Shown here: piece after piece, positions 38,043 through 52,133 of the stretch
How positions within the stretch are numbered: position 1 is the first letter of the stretch
How the letters are laid out: every line of letters starts with the position of its first letter
Assembly (NCBI GenBank): GCA_000165425.1
Contig: CT868667.1
Location: forward strand, 186,001 to 250,000
Reading direction: 5' to 3'
Origin: Paramecium tetraurelia
Lineage: Eukaryota
DNA: 64,000 nt
Notes under the pieces: generated by a model
Seen by the model: the letters and a program-made list of their open reading frames with translations, nothing else
Databases searched by the model: none
What the model was told of the DNA's origin: nothing
Made by a program: the position numbers and the translations under genes

Positions 38043-39078
38043 ATGAGTAGAAAGCAACACTTTATTGAGAGAGATGATATGGAGGAATATTCAGATATTT
38101 CTTATCGAGCTTATTAATTTACACCGAAAAAGGGGTTTGAAATGGGCCTTATTTGCGGTTCATATAAAAATCTTCAATCAAGTTCTAGATAATAGAGATC
38201 AAATTTTTCAAGACAGAGTCAGTAATTTTATAACAATTCTTCAAAGTAAACGAAGGCAAACAATCAAGTTCAAGCATTTGATGAATTGCTCTAATAGAAG
38301 GATTACAGTTCTAAGAAACAAAAGCCAATGCCCTATTTCGGGTCTTTCAATTAGGTTCAACCGCAGGAGAGTTTCTGCAAGGAAGATGAGGACGAAAAAA
38401 TATTCTACAATTAGTTAGGGAACATCCAACAATAGATGATTCATTTGGATTAGATAATAGAGAAGATGGAACAGAAGATGCAAGACATAAAGATTCAGTA
38501 GTTAAATTTCTTGAATAATAAGAACAACATATTGGAAGTTGAGCAGGAAGGCAGCGATAGATAACAATAAAAATGCTCAAATAATAATGGCAGTTAATGG
38601 AAGGTTTTCAGTTTGAAGAAAGAGATCCAAAATGATTAAATAGGTATCGCCTTTCATTCATTGTAGTTGAATTGGGGAAAGCTGATGATTTCGAGAAATA
38701 CTAGATAGTTTACATACAACAAAACATAAATGGATTGGTGGGCAGATTGAGTCATTTGCTCTAAAACCAATCCCAAAAGAGATTGAGTTTTAGAAATTCT
38801 GAAAATGATGAAGGGGGGGAGAGTTGTTTCTCCTTCAATCGAAACTCGAATCAGTTTGTAAAGATCTATAAATGCAAATTCTGTTCTCAGAAGTTTCAAA
38901 AGGCCTGTTCTTTGGGGTATAAATTTAATCTAATTTTAGTGGCCACATTTCGAGATCTCACAAGGAAGAGTCTTAGCAAAGTAAGAAGGAGGCTTAGCCG
39001 ATAAAAAAGACGAGCATCTAGAAATAAAAGAAAGCCTCTTTGTAAAAATCAATAGGAATGTAGCTCATGAGATTATGA
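38043..39078 (+). CDS. Single C2H2 zinc-finger protein
   Basis: YKCKFCSQKFQKACSLGGHISRSH after splicing a 23-nt intron; basic C-terminus. Confidence 0.82.
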
Positions 39079-39138
39079 ACAAACATTAATATAATTGAAT
39101 AATTCATAAAAATTGAATATATGCATATGATGTATTGA

Positions 39139-40281
39139 TCATTCTGATAGTTTTTGGTTGATATATTCAATTAATCTATCTACGATATCGATTTCAGTTT
39201 ATCTACAATAGGAATCATAAAATACCTGCTAACTTTTTGGTTGCTGTATTCTTAATCCTCTAATTCGTTGATTCTGGTGGCATCCTAGATGTTCAATTGG
39301 GTGACTTCAACAATAGCATTGGAAATATTGATTAAACCATCTAATTCGTTCAATCTTGATTGGATTTCCTTGAGTCTATTGTTGGCAGTGGCTAAAGAGA
39401 CTTGAAGAGTTTGTTTTTCATTTCTCAAATCATCTCCCAATCTACTGAGATTGTCTACTTGAGTCTTGTGATTAGCTTCCAATTAATCTTGTCCTTCTTG
39501 TAAGGCAGTAATCAATCTGGCAACTAAGCTCAAGACATTATTCAAAGTTTCTGGATTCACTTTGGTGGTCATTTCAGCCAAACCTTCGATGATTGGTTGG
39601 AAGAGAGTGAGTGAACTCTTCTTGGTGTGAGCTTCAAGAATCTCCTTGATCTTTTAGAAGTTCTCCTTAGTTTGAATAAGATTGGTTTTGGTGTCTTAGC
39701 TAGATGAATAGAGATGATAAGGAATACGTCAATTGGATAAGTGATGCTCCTTCTCCTCTCAAATTAAGCAATAATCTTTAGGCTTCTTTGCATGCTAAGA
39801 TGGCATCATTGTAATCAGAGAATTTGGTAGCAAAATCTGCATTTTCAGCATCAAGTCTAGATTGAGCATCAGAGCTGCCTCTGCCATTTCTGTCAAGAGC
39901 TGCTTAATCTTCTTTAACTCTGGTTTAGAGTGTAGTCAATTCATTACTAAGACTGGATTGTTCTTATCTCTAATTATCAAGATCTTATTAGGCTTATTCT
40001 AATGTGGCTTGAAGTTTGGCGAGGTCAACTTGAGATCTTCTAGTGAAAGTGGCATTTTCTGAATCTTGCAATTGTGTGAGTGCAATCAATTCATCCTTGA
40101 TTTGTTGGAGAAGTTGTTTAAGCTCGTTGAGGGATCCACCAGTTTTCATGTTAACACTGACCAAGTTAATCATGGATGATCCAAAAGGATGTTCGGCATA
40201 ATTTGACAATCTCTATGTGAGGTCACCAACTGTTGAAGCTGTTGCCAGAGCAATGACTAAAAGAAGCAATGCTGATTTCAT
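39139..40281 (-). CDS. Trichocyst matrix protein precursor
   Basis: MKSALLLLVIALATA signal; HPFGSSMINLVSVNMKTGGSLNELKQLL; coiled-coil. Confidence 0.88.
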
Positions 40282-40315
40282 AATATATTAATAAAAACAA
40301 AAAACGAATACCTTA

Positions 40316-41320
40316 ATGGAATAATTAAATAGTGAAGAATAAGTAATTATTGAAGAGATTAATCATTCTGAACACACTGAAATACATATCATAGAATATA
40401 TATGTTACCCCTTCTACCTGGCCTTGTTATGTCTCTTATGCATACTAATCAACCTCAACAAGCGTAAATTTAGAAGAAGGTAACATCTTGTCACTTATAA
40501 ATTATAGATATCGAGTAGATGAGATATTCCTCTTCATTGCAGTTTATTTGTTCAATGTGTTGATTACTTGGAATTTCTTTGATTTCTTTGACAAAATAGT
40601 GAGATTCATAATAACCCTAATCATAATATTTGGCATTCAGCATTACATCGGAAGAGTGCAAATTGTAGGCGTCACAGGAGGAATTGGTTGTGGCAAATCC
40701 ACAGTGGCCAAATACTTCAATGAATTCCTTAAAGTCCAAGTAATAGATTGCGATCAAATTGCCAGAGACATTGTAGAACCTGGAAAACCTGCTTATAAAC
40801 TTATCGTTCAGAGATTTGGACTCTCCATTCTAGCAGGTCAGCAAGATGGACAGCCTATTGAGAGATAGAAGCTAGCAGATGTGGGTAATGAGTATTGATT
40901 AGCATTTTCAGTATTTCAAGACAACCAAAAAAGGAAATAATTACAAGCAATTACAAATAAATTCATTTTTAAAGAAATCGCTAAATCCATATGGAAAATC
41001 TGCTTCGTCCAAAAGGATCAATATGTAGTCATTGATGCTCCCCTCCTCTTCGAAAGCAAAGTCTTAGAGTATTTCTGTTTCCCCATTATCACGATTGTTG
41101 TGACTAGTCAAGAAGAAATTATCAAAAGGTGAATCTGCATTGTAATTATAGAGTCAAAGAAAGAAGTGGTTTAACTGAAGAACAAATATTGCAAAGAATT
41201 GAATCACAAATGAAGGCAGAAATCAAAATCAAAAAATCAGATATCGTTATTACGAATGATAAGTCTGAGAAATCATTGATAAGACAGGTTCAAGAGAAAG
41301 TATTTGAGTACTTAATTTGA
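40316..41320 (+). CDS. coaE: Dephospho-CoA kinase with N-terminal transmembrane extension
   Basis: [41 protein letters not shown]; 3 introns. Confidence 0.92.
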
Positions 41321-41648
41321 TTTTTGAAGTAATATTTTGATATTTCATGCAAACGTATAATAATGTGTAATCAACATAATTCTTACTTATTAAATATCAA
41401 TCACAAGGGTGGACATGCATAATATAATATATAGAGTATCCAATTAAAAATTCTTAACGAAAACTATAATGATATAATACATAATATTATTTCTATTTAA
41501 TTTACACTTTTTATTTCATTTTTACATCCTCAATAAAACTTCTTGATTTCTGTCACTTACATTTAACTACCTTATTCAATGGTAGTAATTGGACCTTTAA
41601 GTTAATTCCAATGAGAATATTATATAAATATTATAATTATTTAATTGA

Positions 41649-42438
41649 TCAAAGAATTATGACGATTATAAATACAATCATCATATTGTATAATCCGATA
41701 TTAATAATATCTGATTAACTAAATTTCCAAAAGGCCAGATAACTTTGTTTGTAGTACTCAGTCCAACCCTCCTTCTAACTCAATGAAATTTCTTTCCTCA
41801 GCATAAAAGGAACAAACATAAAAATCCATGACATAAAAACAATCAAGTAACTTAAAACATTGTTCGTAACCATTGCAAATGAAAGATATATCAATATCTC
41901 TCCAGTATAATTTGGATTCCGATTCACCTTGAATAATCCTTCCTTTATTAAACCTTTCTTATATTTTAAAGTATAATATTTTTAGCAATCGCTTGACATC
42001 ATTAAAACAATGCCAATTACATACAATACAATTATTAAACTTACATAACTGGGTTTGATTTCATTCTAACCAAACCCAGTCACTTATATAATTGGCATAA
42101 TCCAATAGGCTATCAAAATTAGACAACCGCCAATTGCAGATGGAATTGTTGTGTATTTCTAGAAATTTTGATCTGGAAAAGTCAAATCCTTTATTATCCA
42201 GAGTATGCCATAGCTTCCGTGTAAGGCTAACTAAAGGATTAATCAAACAATAAACTACATAAAGATAAGTTCCGAATTCTAAGTTTTATGTGTAATACAT
42301 CAGCAACAGAATATAGGGCAGAGTTAGTGCTTTGAAAACATTGACTATCCATCTTATCTAAATAGGTTTCGGTCCTCCCAAAAAATCATACATACAATAA
42401 TCTAAGAAATTTACATATTGTAATAAATATTTATTCAT
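41649..42438 (-). CDS. DUF1295 / steroid 5-alpha-reductase-like membrane protein
   Basis: LALHGSYGILW, SDCQKY, GLFKVNRNPNYTGE; multi-TM; 1 intron. Confidence 0.82.
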
Positions 42439-42448
42439 AATAATAATA

Positions 42449-43164
42449 TCATCCTTGAGAGTCTGGATGCTCATATCCAAATTCTGGCAGTTGATCCAAG
42501 TTCTCAACAACTTTTTTGAGGGCTGGGTATTTATCCAAATTGACCAAATAAGATACATCGTCCCCTCTAAATGCTGGGTACAAGAAAGCATCGGCTATTG
42601 TCACTTAGTTTCCGAATGCGTAATCTCCGCCATGTTTTTCCACCAGAGTGTTTAATGCTATTATGTATTATACTCAATATACCTGTAAAACCTCTCTCCA
42701 AGAAAGGTTCTGAAATTTCCTATCTATTTATATCACTCACATAATTGTGAACGTATTTGTAGAATCTAGATGCATGATATGGGTGAATGCCACTATTCAC
42801 GGTTTCACACATGGATCTAGAGTATTATATGGTATTACCTAACGATGGCTTTCTCTAAGGGAGACTTTGGAAGTAATTTGGTTCTTGGAAACTCTTCCTC
42901 CAGGTATTCTGCAATGGCCATACTCTCATGTAATAATTATCCATTAATTTCTAGAGTAGGAACAATCTATCAATATTTAATGACTTCAATTACTTAAAGT
43001 GGATTGATTTAAGAGTACATATTTGATAATTACTCAGCTTTGGGCAAATTTACAAAAAATGGTTGGAATTGAAGTTACTTCAATTTTAGCATGATGCTAA
43101 CTCTCCAGGGAGCTGAATAGCCTCTGTAGGTATATAATCTAATAGCTAATCTTGATGTTGACAT
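42449..43164 (-). CDS. Glutathione S-transferase, zeta/maleylacetoacetate isomerase-like
   Basis: INPLQIVPTL, ESMAIAEYLEE, LLPKSPLEKA, NSGIHP, VTIAD; 3 introns. Confidence 0.9.
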
Positions 43165-43196
43165 TAAAATTAAAATAATATATAAATATACTATAA

Positions 43197-44593
43197 TCAC
43201 TTATATTGATTTGAAACTAAAACACTACAATTGTCAATTGTTTATTTTTCAGCATAATCCAAGTTCAAAGTACCTGTTTGATAATTATTTATGATGATCT
43301 TACGATAAGTTTTCAGGAGAAGTATCATAATCTAAACACCAAAATTAGCTGAATATTACTGCAGAATCTTTTATTATTAAATTAATTCCCTTTCATCTTC
43401 TTTATTATAAATCTATTCAATATTTGCACACACCAATCTTGATCTCTGTTCCGAAAGATATTATTTACATTGATCCAATTTCAATATTGGCAATTTCTCA
43501 AGTTACTTCTCAAGCAACTCAAAAATCTTATAGATCTATTGTTTTTTCTTTATCAATTCAGATAACAATACACTACTGTTGTTTTCATTAGCAATCGTTT
43601 TCGTTCTCTTCGTGCTGATTGATCTTATAGGTGATGATTAAGTGCTACTGGTTCTACAATATTCTTATAAGTTCTATTAAGATTGTTGTTTATGCAATTA
43701 TTATTTTTTTGTGACATAGTACAATTCTTTAGTCAGATTAATGTTAATTATCTGTTATTTCTCACTCCCCTGAACTGCTTTCATCAATTAATCCCATCCC
43801 CATCTATCCTTCTCTTCTTTACCTAAACAACCCAAAATTATTTATCTAGTTAGTAGTTCAATTTATGGCTGAAATGGAAATTTTAATGGTTCTTTGTCTA
43901 ATCTGTTCAATAATTCCACTACATTAGTTGAATGCCAAGGAGTGGTTTTGTAAATCATTTCATACAAAATCAATCCAAGTGACCAAATATCTGATTTACT
44001 TGTATATGGCTATCGCTTCAAGATTTGAGGTGCCATATACAAAGGTGTTCCAACAAGGGATGACATTGTTGAATCCACTTACACTCGTTTTGCAAATCCG
44101 AAATCTGTAATTTTGAATATACCATCCTGCAGTAGAATATTTGCAGGTTTTAAATCTCTATGCACTATTCCATTCCTTAATAATTCTTACAATCCATTCA
44201 AGATTTATTTAAATATTTGAAGGGCTCTCTCCTCACTTAATGTTCTAGATCCTAAATATGTTTTCAAGTCTCCCCCATTACAATATTCTGTCACTATATA
44301 TATATTGTTTGTGCTATGAAATACATCCAATAATTTCACAATATTCTAATGATTAAATGATTTCATTATCTCAACTTCTCTCTTTATTTGTTGAGATGTG
44401 TAATCGCTCTTAATTAAATTGTTGCTAATAATTTTAATTGCCACAGCTATTTTTATCAAATTTAACTACTTGAATCATTATAGATATCCCTTCCCATATA
44501 CACATTCGCATAAGCACCTGAACCAATTTTAGAATCATATAGAAATTCATAGTGCTTAACTCTTTTTTTTGATTTTATTCTCTCACTTTACAT
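43197..44593 (-). CDS. Ser/Thr protein kinase (ULK/ATG1-like ciliate family)
   Basis: [42 protein letters not shown]. Confidence 0.92.
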
Positions 44594-45148
44594 ATTTGAA
44601 TAAATTAATAATCAAAATAATAATTGTTCTATTTCACTCATTAAAATATCAATTTCTCTAATCCGTCCAGTCTTTATTATTATGATACTCTCAGATTAAA
44701 ACATCCTTTTTATTCAGGTACAACTATACCAATTATCTCTAGTCTGATATTTCCATTCATATCTATGATCGTCTCTTAAATTGATTATAAAAATAGATAA
44801 AATTGACAGTCTAGGAGATTTATGAAATTACTCTAAAATCTAAATAGATTAAGGGAAGAATTCTACCTAAAGTATATTTTTGATTTTATATCTACAAATA
44901 CTTAGAAATATAATAATAAATTCTAATTACCTATTATTTGATAAATTCAAAATAATTATGAATTATTAACTACTTTACAAAGTACTCCTTATGGATTCTT
45001 TAAGTTAAGATTTATAATCTTTCTTAACAATTAATAATAAATCTAAGAAATACAGTAGAAATATGGCAAAATAGTAATCATATGTATTTCCAACTGATTG
45101 GAGGATAGTTATTTAATTTATTGATATATAATGTAAATTTAAATATCA

Positions 45149-45712
45149 TCAACTTTGATGGGTTAATCTTGATTTTATATAGCAATTTTTCTATAATTGC
45201 TATAATTTTGTTGTTAATCTGTCAATTTCATTTATATACTATAAAGACAAGGGCTCCTAACCTCTAACTTTTGATAATAATTATTCCATTTATTAAGCTT
45301 TCTTTTGAAAAATTGCATTATCTACTTAATGTTAGTTTAAGGTTTGTTGTAAATCAGACATTTCTTCTTCACAATTTCGTAATTATGATTAAATTTAAAA
45401 TACATTCTCTTAATACCTAATTAACTATTAATTTTATTCATTTAATTTCAAATTCAATTATTGCATCTAATATTATTCATCTTCATCATCGAAGTCTTTT
45501 ATGTTGCTACTATTTAGTTTTTATTATTGTAATTATGAAATTTACTATTATTGAATTAAGATTGTCTTTTCAAGATTGTTTATTTTAGAATCTAATTCAG
45601 GGTCATATTGCGACCTCAAAAATAACCATTTTTCTCTTAGTTCTTTATTTTCATTAGAGGCTAATTAAATAGTTAATTATAATTATCTAATTGTTTTAAT
45701 CTAATCATCCAT
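45149..45712 (-). CDS. Hypothetical Gln-rich coiled-coil protein
   Basis: Uninterrupted code-6 ORF MDDQIKTIRQLQ... (~187 aa). Confidence 0.6.
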
Positions 45713-46017
45713 TTTATAAAATTAATACTTATAAACTGGCTATATCAAAATTCTATAAAGACATCTGTGAAATAGATTATAAATCATTAGGATATATGAA
45801 TAGAATTTTGAATACGATTTCAATGAGTAATATAGATTGAAAACCCTTTCGATTGAATAATTTATAGTAAAAAATGAATCAAAATAATGTGAGAATCAAT
45901 TAATAAATTATTTGTAAATAATTTGAATATAAAATCTATGTTTATATATATAATAGAAAACAATATCAAAATTATTGTCTATTTTCTAAATTACTTCTAT
46001 GAACCTCAAATAAGACA

Positions 46018-47483
46018 TCATTTGGTATTAAGTTTCTTAGATATTTGTTTTAATTTATATCATAATTAATATTTCCTGATACCAAATTACCAATTTCAAT
46101 TAGATTCTCTTAATGTTTTATATATTAGGGTACTGTATTTGCATTAATATAGGTGGCAAAAATAGCGTACTTTTAGGAACTAGTGGAAACTTCTTCTTCT
46201 TCAACAACCTAACATATGCTATTAGAGAACTTCAACCATTTTTTGAATTTAAAATACTAGACATACAGGGTTGAAGAATTACTTTGTGAGTAACCTTTTT
46301 GAATCGTAATTGAGTGAACTTAATACGTATTATTATTATTATTATATGAGGATTATAATGTTTCTTTTTACTTTTAAATGTTTTCAAGATGTTTATTCTA
46401 CTATTTCTCTAAGGTATTTTATTTTGACTGTAATATTTTTATCATATCTTATTGGTTTCCTTCTTCATTTAACATTTCAATAACATAATTAAAGTTACTT
46501 ATGGCCTTCTGTAGTGATTCTAAATCATCAAATTAACTAATCTAAATATCTCCTTATTATCCTTTATAATTTGGTTTCAAGAAATCAAGCTATAGAGTTT
46601 AATTAATTTCAAACGTCTTATCAAGTCCTAAATTTAGAATGGTTATATTACGAATATTATTTTTCTGATTTCTTTTAATCTAAATAGCTATAATCTATGG
46701 GAGTACGGAAACCTTTTATTTGTATTATTCGTATAAGAAACTATAAACACTACATTCTTTCATATCCGAAATATAAAAAAACTCTTTTTCCTATATCAGG
46801 TTTTTTTCAACTGTCGAATAAAACAATTCATTCATAACGATATTATCATTTCTTCCTTACTCATTGTTAACTAATTCTCGGTAGGATTGATCGATTTTTT
46901 ATAAGAGATTGAAAAATATTATTACAGGCTCTTTCTCAAACTCCAAACATTCCTTCTCTTTGTCACTCCAAAGATTAGCATTTAACAATTGTCTTGTGCT
47001 GATAACACTGCAATTAGATGCTGACAATTCTGTCAGCAACAATTAAATGCGCCTTAAAAACTATCCTTATTTCTAAATCAACTTAATACATTTTACATTC
47101 TAATTATTGCTTTGAATTCTTAGGATAAACTAGTAAAGTTGAGGAATTTAATGTAGCAATTGCAACATGATGTTTACGATACTATCGTTCCCTAGATTTT
47201 AAATTCCTACAAATGTATTTTGCTCTCTTGGTGTTTTCTTGATTACTTATAATATGGTATTTGACACTCGCTTGTCAAATAAAGTTGCCTCAAAAAAGTC
47301 CAATCCCTAATTAATTAATTATACCTATTGAGGCTCTTCCTCCTCTGGCTGAAATATTAAATCTTGCATTTTATATTCATTCCCTCCTGATTACTGCCAA
47401 CATTTTTGAATTCTCTCTTTTTTGATCTTCATATCTAAGTAAAAATCCATAACATCTTTCGGAACATTATTTTATTGATTCAT
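46018..47483 (-). CDS. Ubiquitin-specific protease (USP/C19)-like protein, catalytically degenerate
   Basis: Cys-box GIQNLGNDSIVNIMLQLL; LPQIIAIQIKR; degenerate His-box; internal splicing uncertain. Confidence 0.65.
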
Positions 47484-47689
47484 ATTTTTTTATTTTATAT
47501 AATATTGATTAATCATTATTTTTTCTTTAATTTTATTTATCAGTATCCAAATCATAAGATTATACTTAATTCTTAGAATATGTAATAAGTCCAATTGATT
47601 TAGAATGTAAAATAACACAAAATACTTGGATTTTTAATTCTATTAATAAATAATAATTTCTAAGAATTTAAATGTATATTCTATGTCTA

Positions 47690-50600
47690 TCAATCATTGT
47701 TGCTTGCTGCATTTTATGTGTTTAAAAAGACTTGGCTTTAGGCACGTTACTGTTTTAATTTGCTTCTTCTTACCAAATAGAATGAGCCAAGTAATATTGC
47801 AGATGTAGTCACGATTTTTGCTTCCTTTGATAACAATACAAATCTTTTAATTATTAATGTGAATTATGATTGGGATAATTAATTCACAGCCGTTATCATA
47901 CAAGTTTCAACGTCATCCAACTCTTCTAGTCTCTAGATTTCGAACCCTATTTATCCTATTTTGAATTGATTGATCTCATTAAAATAAAATAAAAAATGTG
48001 TAGTATTTAAGGGGTATAATTTTAGCGTATTATCATCCATTCTAAAAATATAATCATAAAATGGTTTTTTCTATCGTAAGTCATATAAATAGGAATTTTT
48101 CGATATCGAATTTGATAAGATAAGGGTATTGCTATCATAATATTAAAATGTTAGTATTTCTGAGGTTCTCGGATGCCTTAGTACCTTTTGAACATCATAA
48201 GAGATAATATCAGATTTAATTATAATTGTGCTTATTACAGAAAAACTCAAGGTCAATTGTAAGACCTTAATTTCAATTTGATTATTGACAAGAACTGCCT
48301 CAAGCAATTGATTTTTGAAGTCTTCATCAAATTAATATATAGCAATACTTATGTGTGGAGAAAGAGCACTTACTATTTGGTCAAAATAAATCTTATAGGA
48401 ATTCTAGATGAATAGATTGAAGCTGATTAACTCAAAAACATTGAATAAGAAATAGAATTCATCTATTTTCTTGATAATTCTTATTTCAATATATTAATTA
48501 TCAGAATTTTTGATTAATAGAATATTGGATAAATCAAAATTTTTTCCAATTTCATTAATCATATTTGGAGTTACTTTTAGTAATAATTATGATGAGTTTG
48601 ATTTAATTAAAATTAAGTTATTGGATTAATAAAATTAAGCATACTCCAAGTCTCCATTCTTAAACTCTTTCAATGGCATAGGTTCAAAATATTAATACAA
48701 TTAAGTCTTATTAAATTATAAAATATTAGCAAACACTGTCTTCTCTATTTCATAAAAGCATAATACATAAATATTTCGAAAAATGTAAGCATTTTTTATT
48801 ACGAATTCATCATTCTCCAAATTTTTATTATAATAAAATGGCAGAACCTTATATCTATTATAATACTTTAAACTGTAGAATAATGTTTATTCGTCTTTAT
48901 TCCAAGGTTGTTCTAAACCCATCTTTGTAATGCAAATGTTTTGTAATTCTGTACATTCTTATATTTCTTACTACTATAGAAATGGCCCTACTAATTTTAA
49001 TTTAGGATTATTCAATAACATTAGTTTATCAATTGGGCCTTAGAACATGTCAATATCTTCAATTCGTATAATCTCTTCGTCTTAAACTTAAATTGTTATT
49101 TCATTTTTTTTAGAATTCAATTTTCTACAGTAATTATTGATGCGGATCTCCAAAAATAATTAATTGGGAGAGGCTTCCTCTTCTTGATGCTTAAATAATA
49201 TTGGTATTGTCTCCTACAAAACTATTTATTTTTAATTTTCAGCTAGATTCATATAAGAAATTTTAAAGTACTTGATATCGAAAATCTGATATTCTTCGTT
49301 TTTGTTGTAGTAATATACTAAATGGTTCTGTAAATGAAAATTTAATTTACTTATTTTTAAGATCTTTATCAATTTAATAGGTTATTCAATTGAAAATATA
49401 AACAGATAGTTTTAATCTTATTGATTCAATGCAATTGCTAGATTTTCCTTTGAATTTTAGAATTTAATAGGTCTGATGAAATCATAATCATCTATCTAAT
49501 AATTTTCTAACAGTTTCAGAGAATCATCTAAAATGTATTATTTTATGATGTTATATTAATTGTGTATGCCTATTACACAATATTTATTAGGAATTATTTA
49601 AGAATTTGAAATTCTCTGAGATTCGCCAGAATAAATGATAGTTATATCTTTGATTTCGTAGATGCTGATTTCAAAATACTGATCAATTACCAATTATCTA
49701 TTGATTTAATATATTTGAAAGTAATGAAACTGAGCAAAATAAAATTAAATCTATTTATTTTAATTTTCCTATTTCTTAAATTATTTCAACATAAATTTTA
49801 CCCTTTTTGTAATCTTCTTTTATTTATTATTTGAGAGATCCAAAAAAATTATTTCTGATTCATTTTCAGTCACTAATATCACATATTATTTAAATTAAAG
49901 TATTTCTATGATTTAAGATTATATTTGAATTTAATCTTATTTATTGGACCCAATCGAATAAGAGATTACTTTTGCTGATTATTCCTTTTTCTTTATCAAA
50001 AGAAAACTATCTTAATACTGAATTACTTGGTGGTTTCTAACATCCTTTTAAATGGTGCTTTGGTTAGTGCAATATAGAACTTAGAGTGTATCATTAGATT
50101 TTAGAATAGCATAATTTTCTAGGGTTTTTGAGTGATAGAACAATAAATCAAACTCCTCTAAGTATTATTCAATATCAGGACAAACATCCTTCAAATATAC
50201 ATCCTCGACAATATACTTTAGAGTGTCTTCATATTCTCCCAAATTTGAAAATTCCTAATAAACAGGAAAATCGTAGTCAATTTTTTTAATAATAATTTGC
50301 TCATTTGACTAACATTCATTTTTGAATTCATAAGAGATTGTTTTAGGTTTTGATTAATCGATCTCTTGAATAATCTCATAACATTAGGGTGTATAAGTTC
50401 TTGAATAGGAGTTTGGTATTTCATGTATATAACTTTTGGTAGGCAACAAGTAGTTGACTAATTTATTAATTTAATAAAAACTAATCAATTTATTTTACTC
50501 ATCTATGATATAGAATATCTTATATAAATCTATAAAAACAATACTTGTGGGATAACAAACAATTTCAAATCCTTTATTTTCAAGCAAAATAATTTCTAAT

Positions 50601-51619
50601 TTATCATAGTGTAAAAAAAATAAATAATTAAATGCAAAATAAGACTGCAGGGTTTTTTAATCAATAGATTGTTTATCTTCTAATGAATTTATATATATTT
50701 ATTTTAAATTATCTATTTTAGCTATTAATGTGTAGTATTCTATGCTGCATGATTTTGAAAATAAGACATTTAGAATAATTGATCCCAAAAAGTTTGTGGA
50801 ATATAAAAAATTTAATGATTCTTCTAAAATAAATATATAAGCAGAATCATCTTTTATTAGCACTACTTATTTTCCACAAAAATAAATCGAATTAACTTAT
50901 TCTAAATAGATTGCAGGGACTAAATTTGAGAGGGTGGAATTATCAGCTAATTTGGATATTTGTTTATCTTGATACTTAAGGATTTACCAATCAATACATT
51001 ATACATAGGATATAAGATAGTATCCAGAATCGACTTTGTAAAATTAAAGTTAACAATTTATCCCTCCTTCTAATATATTTTCATATTACCTTTCCATCTT
51101 AAATTCATTAAGTAGATTCACAGAGTATATATTGATAAATTTCTTGGCCCTGCAAAATACTAGAAACTCTAGGTTATCCTCTAAATAAAATTGATAGCAT
51201 TCTTCACTATGAGATGTTTCAATCTTAAGCCTAAAATAGTCTTCTTCATGTTTTTAATAAGTATTTCCTTCCTCATCAATATAAATGCTTACAGTGCAAG
51301 AGATGCAATATTGGTTAATAGTCTAAATTAATTAGCATAACCATTTCTCTGCATCCAAGTTATCATTTGGAGAATCAACAAACTAAGTTGATATTATCTT
51401 CTCATCTTCTTAAATAAGAATTAAAAATGACGATTAAATTTGATTCTCCAAGAAGTTGAATCTCTCTTCAGAGTCGCTTTCAATTAATGCACTATCATTA
51501 TTCTTAGCAAAAAACAAATCATGGCTTGCCAGCTTCCTTTTTTCACATTCAGATTGCACTTACCTTAAATAAAGTCCAATTAGTATTGCACTTAATAAAA
51601 TAAAATGCTATTCAAACAT
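47690..51619 (-). CDS. Large secreted/type-I membrane protein (hypothetical; exon structure uncertain, may be disrupted)
   Basis: Signal-like N-terminus MFEQHFILLSAILIGLYL, long code-6 frames, C-terminal TM IVTTSAILLGSFYLV followed by RRSK. Confidence 0.45.
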
Positions 51620-52133
51620 AATCAATGATAAATTTAATTAACAAAATTGTTTAGGGAGAATGAATTTACTAATCTTACCCTCAATTTTTACATTTTGATC
51701 TAAGACTTTAAAGAAATTATTAGCAATACTGTAATTCTATTTATATTCATATATAGAAATCAAATAGTATTAATTTTAACAAGCATGATGAATAATGAGC
51801 ATTGTTTCAAAAGTTAATAATGAAATAATCAAAGATTATGGATATTATTATTATTATAGAAAAACAGTTGATATGCTAATCTTTTTGATGGAAATAAAAA
51901 GAATCAAAATACTTACTAAGATTTTCCAATATATTTTTTTATCCAAATAGAAAACCAATAATACATAGAATATTATATCATGATAATTTTTTGATTAAGA
52001 ATTTTAGAAAATCTACATGTATAAAATAGTAAGTGGGAACAATAAAAAGAAAGGTAAAGGAAGTATAGATGCAATTCTATACATGATTTATTATTATTTA
52101 CAATTTATAACACACACTTTATTTTTATATAAA

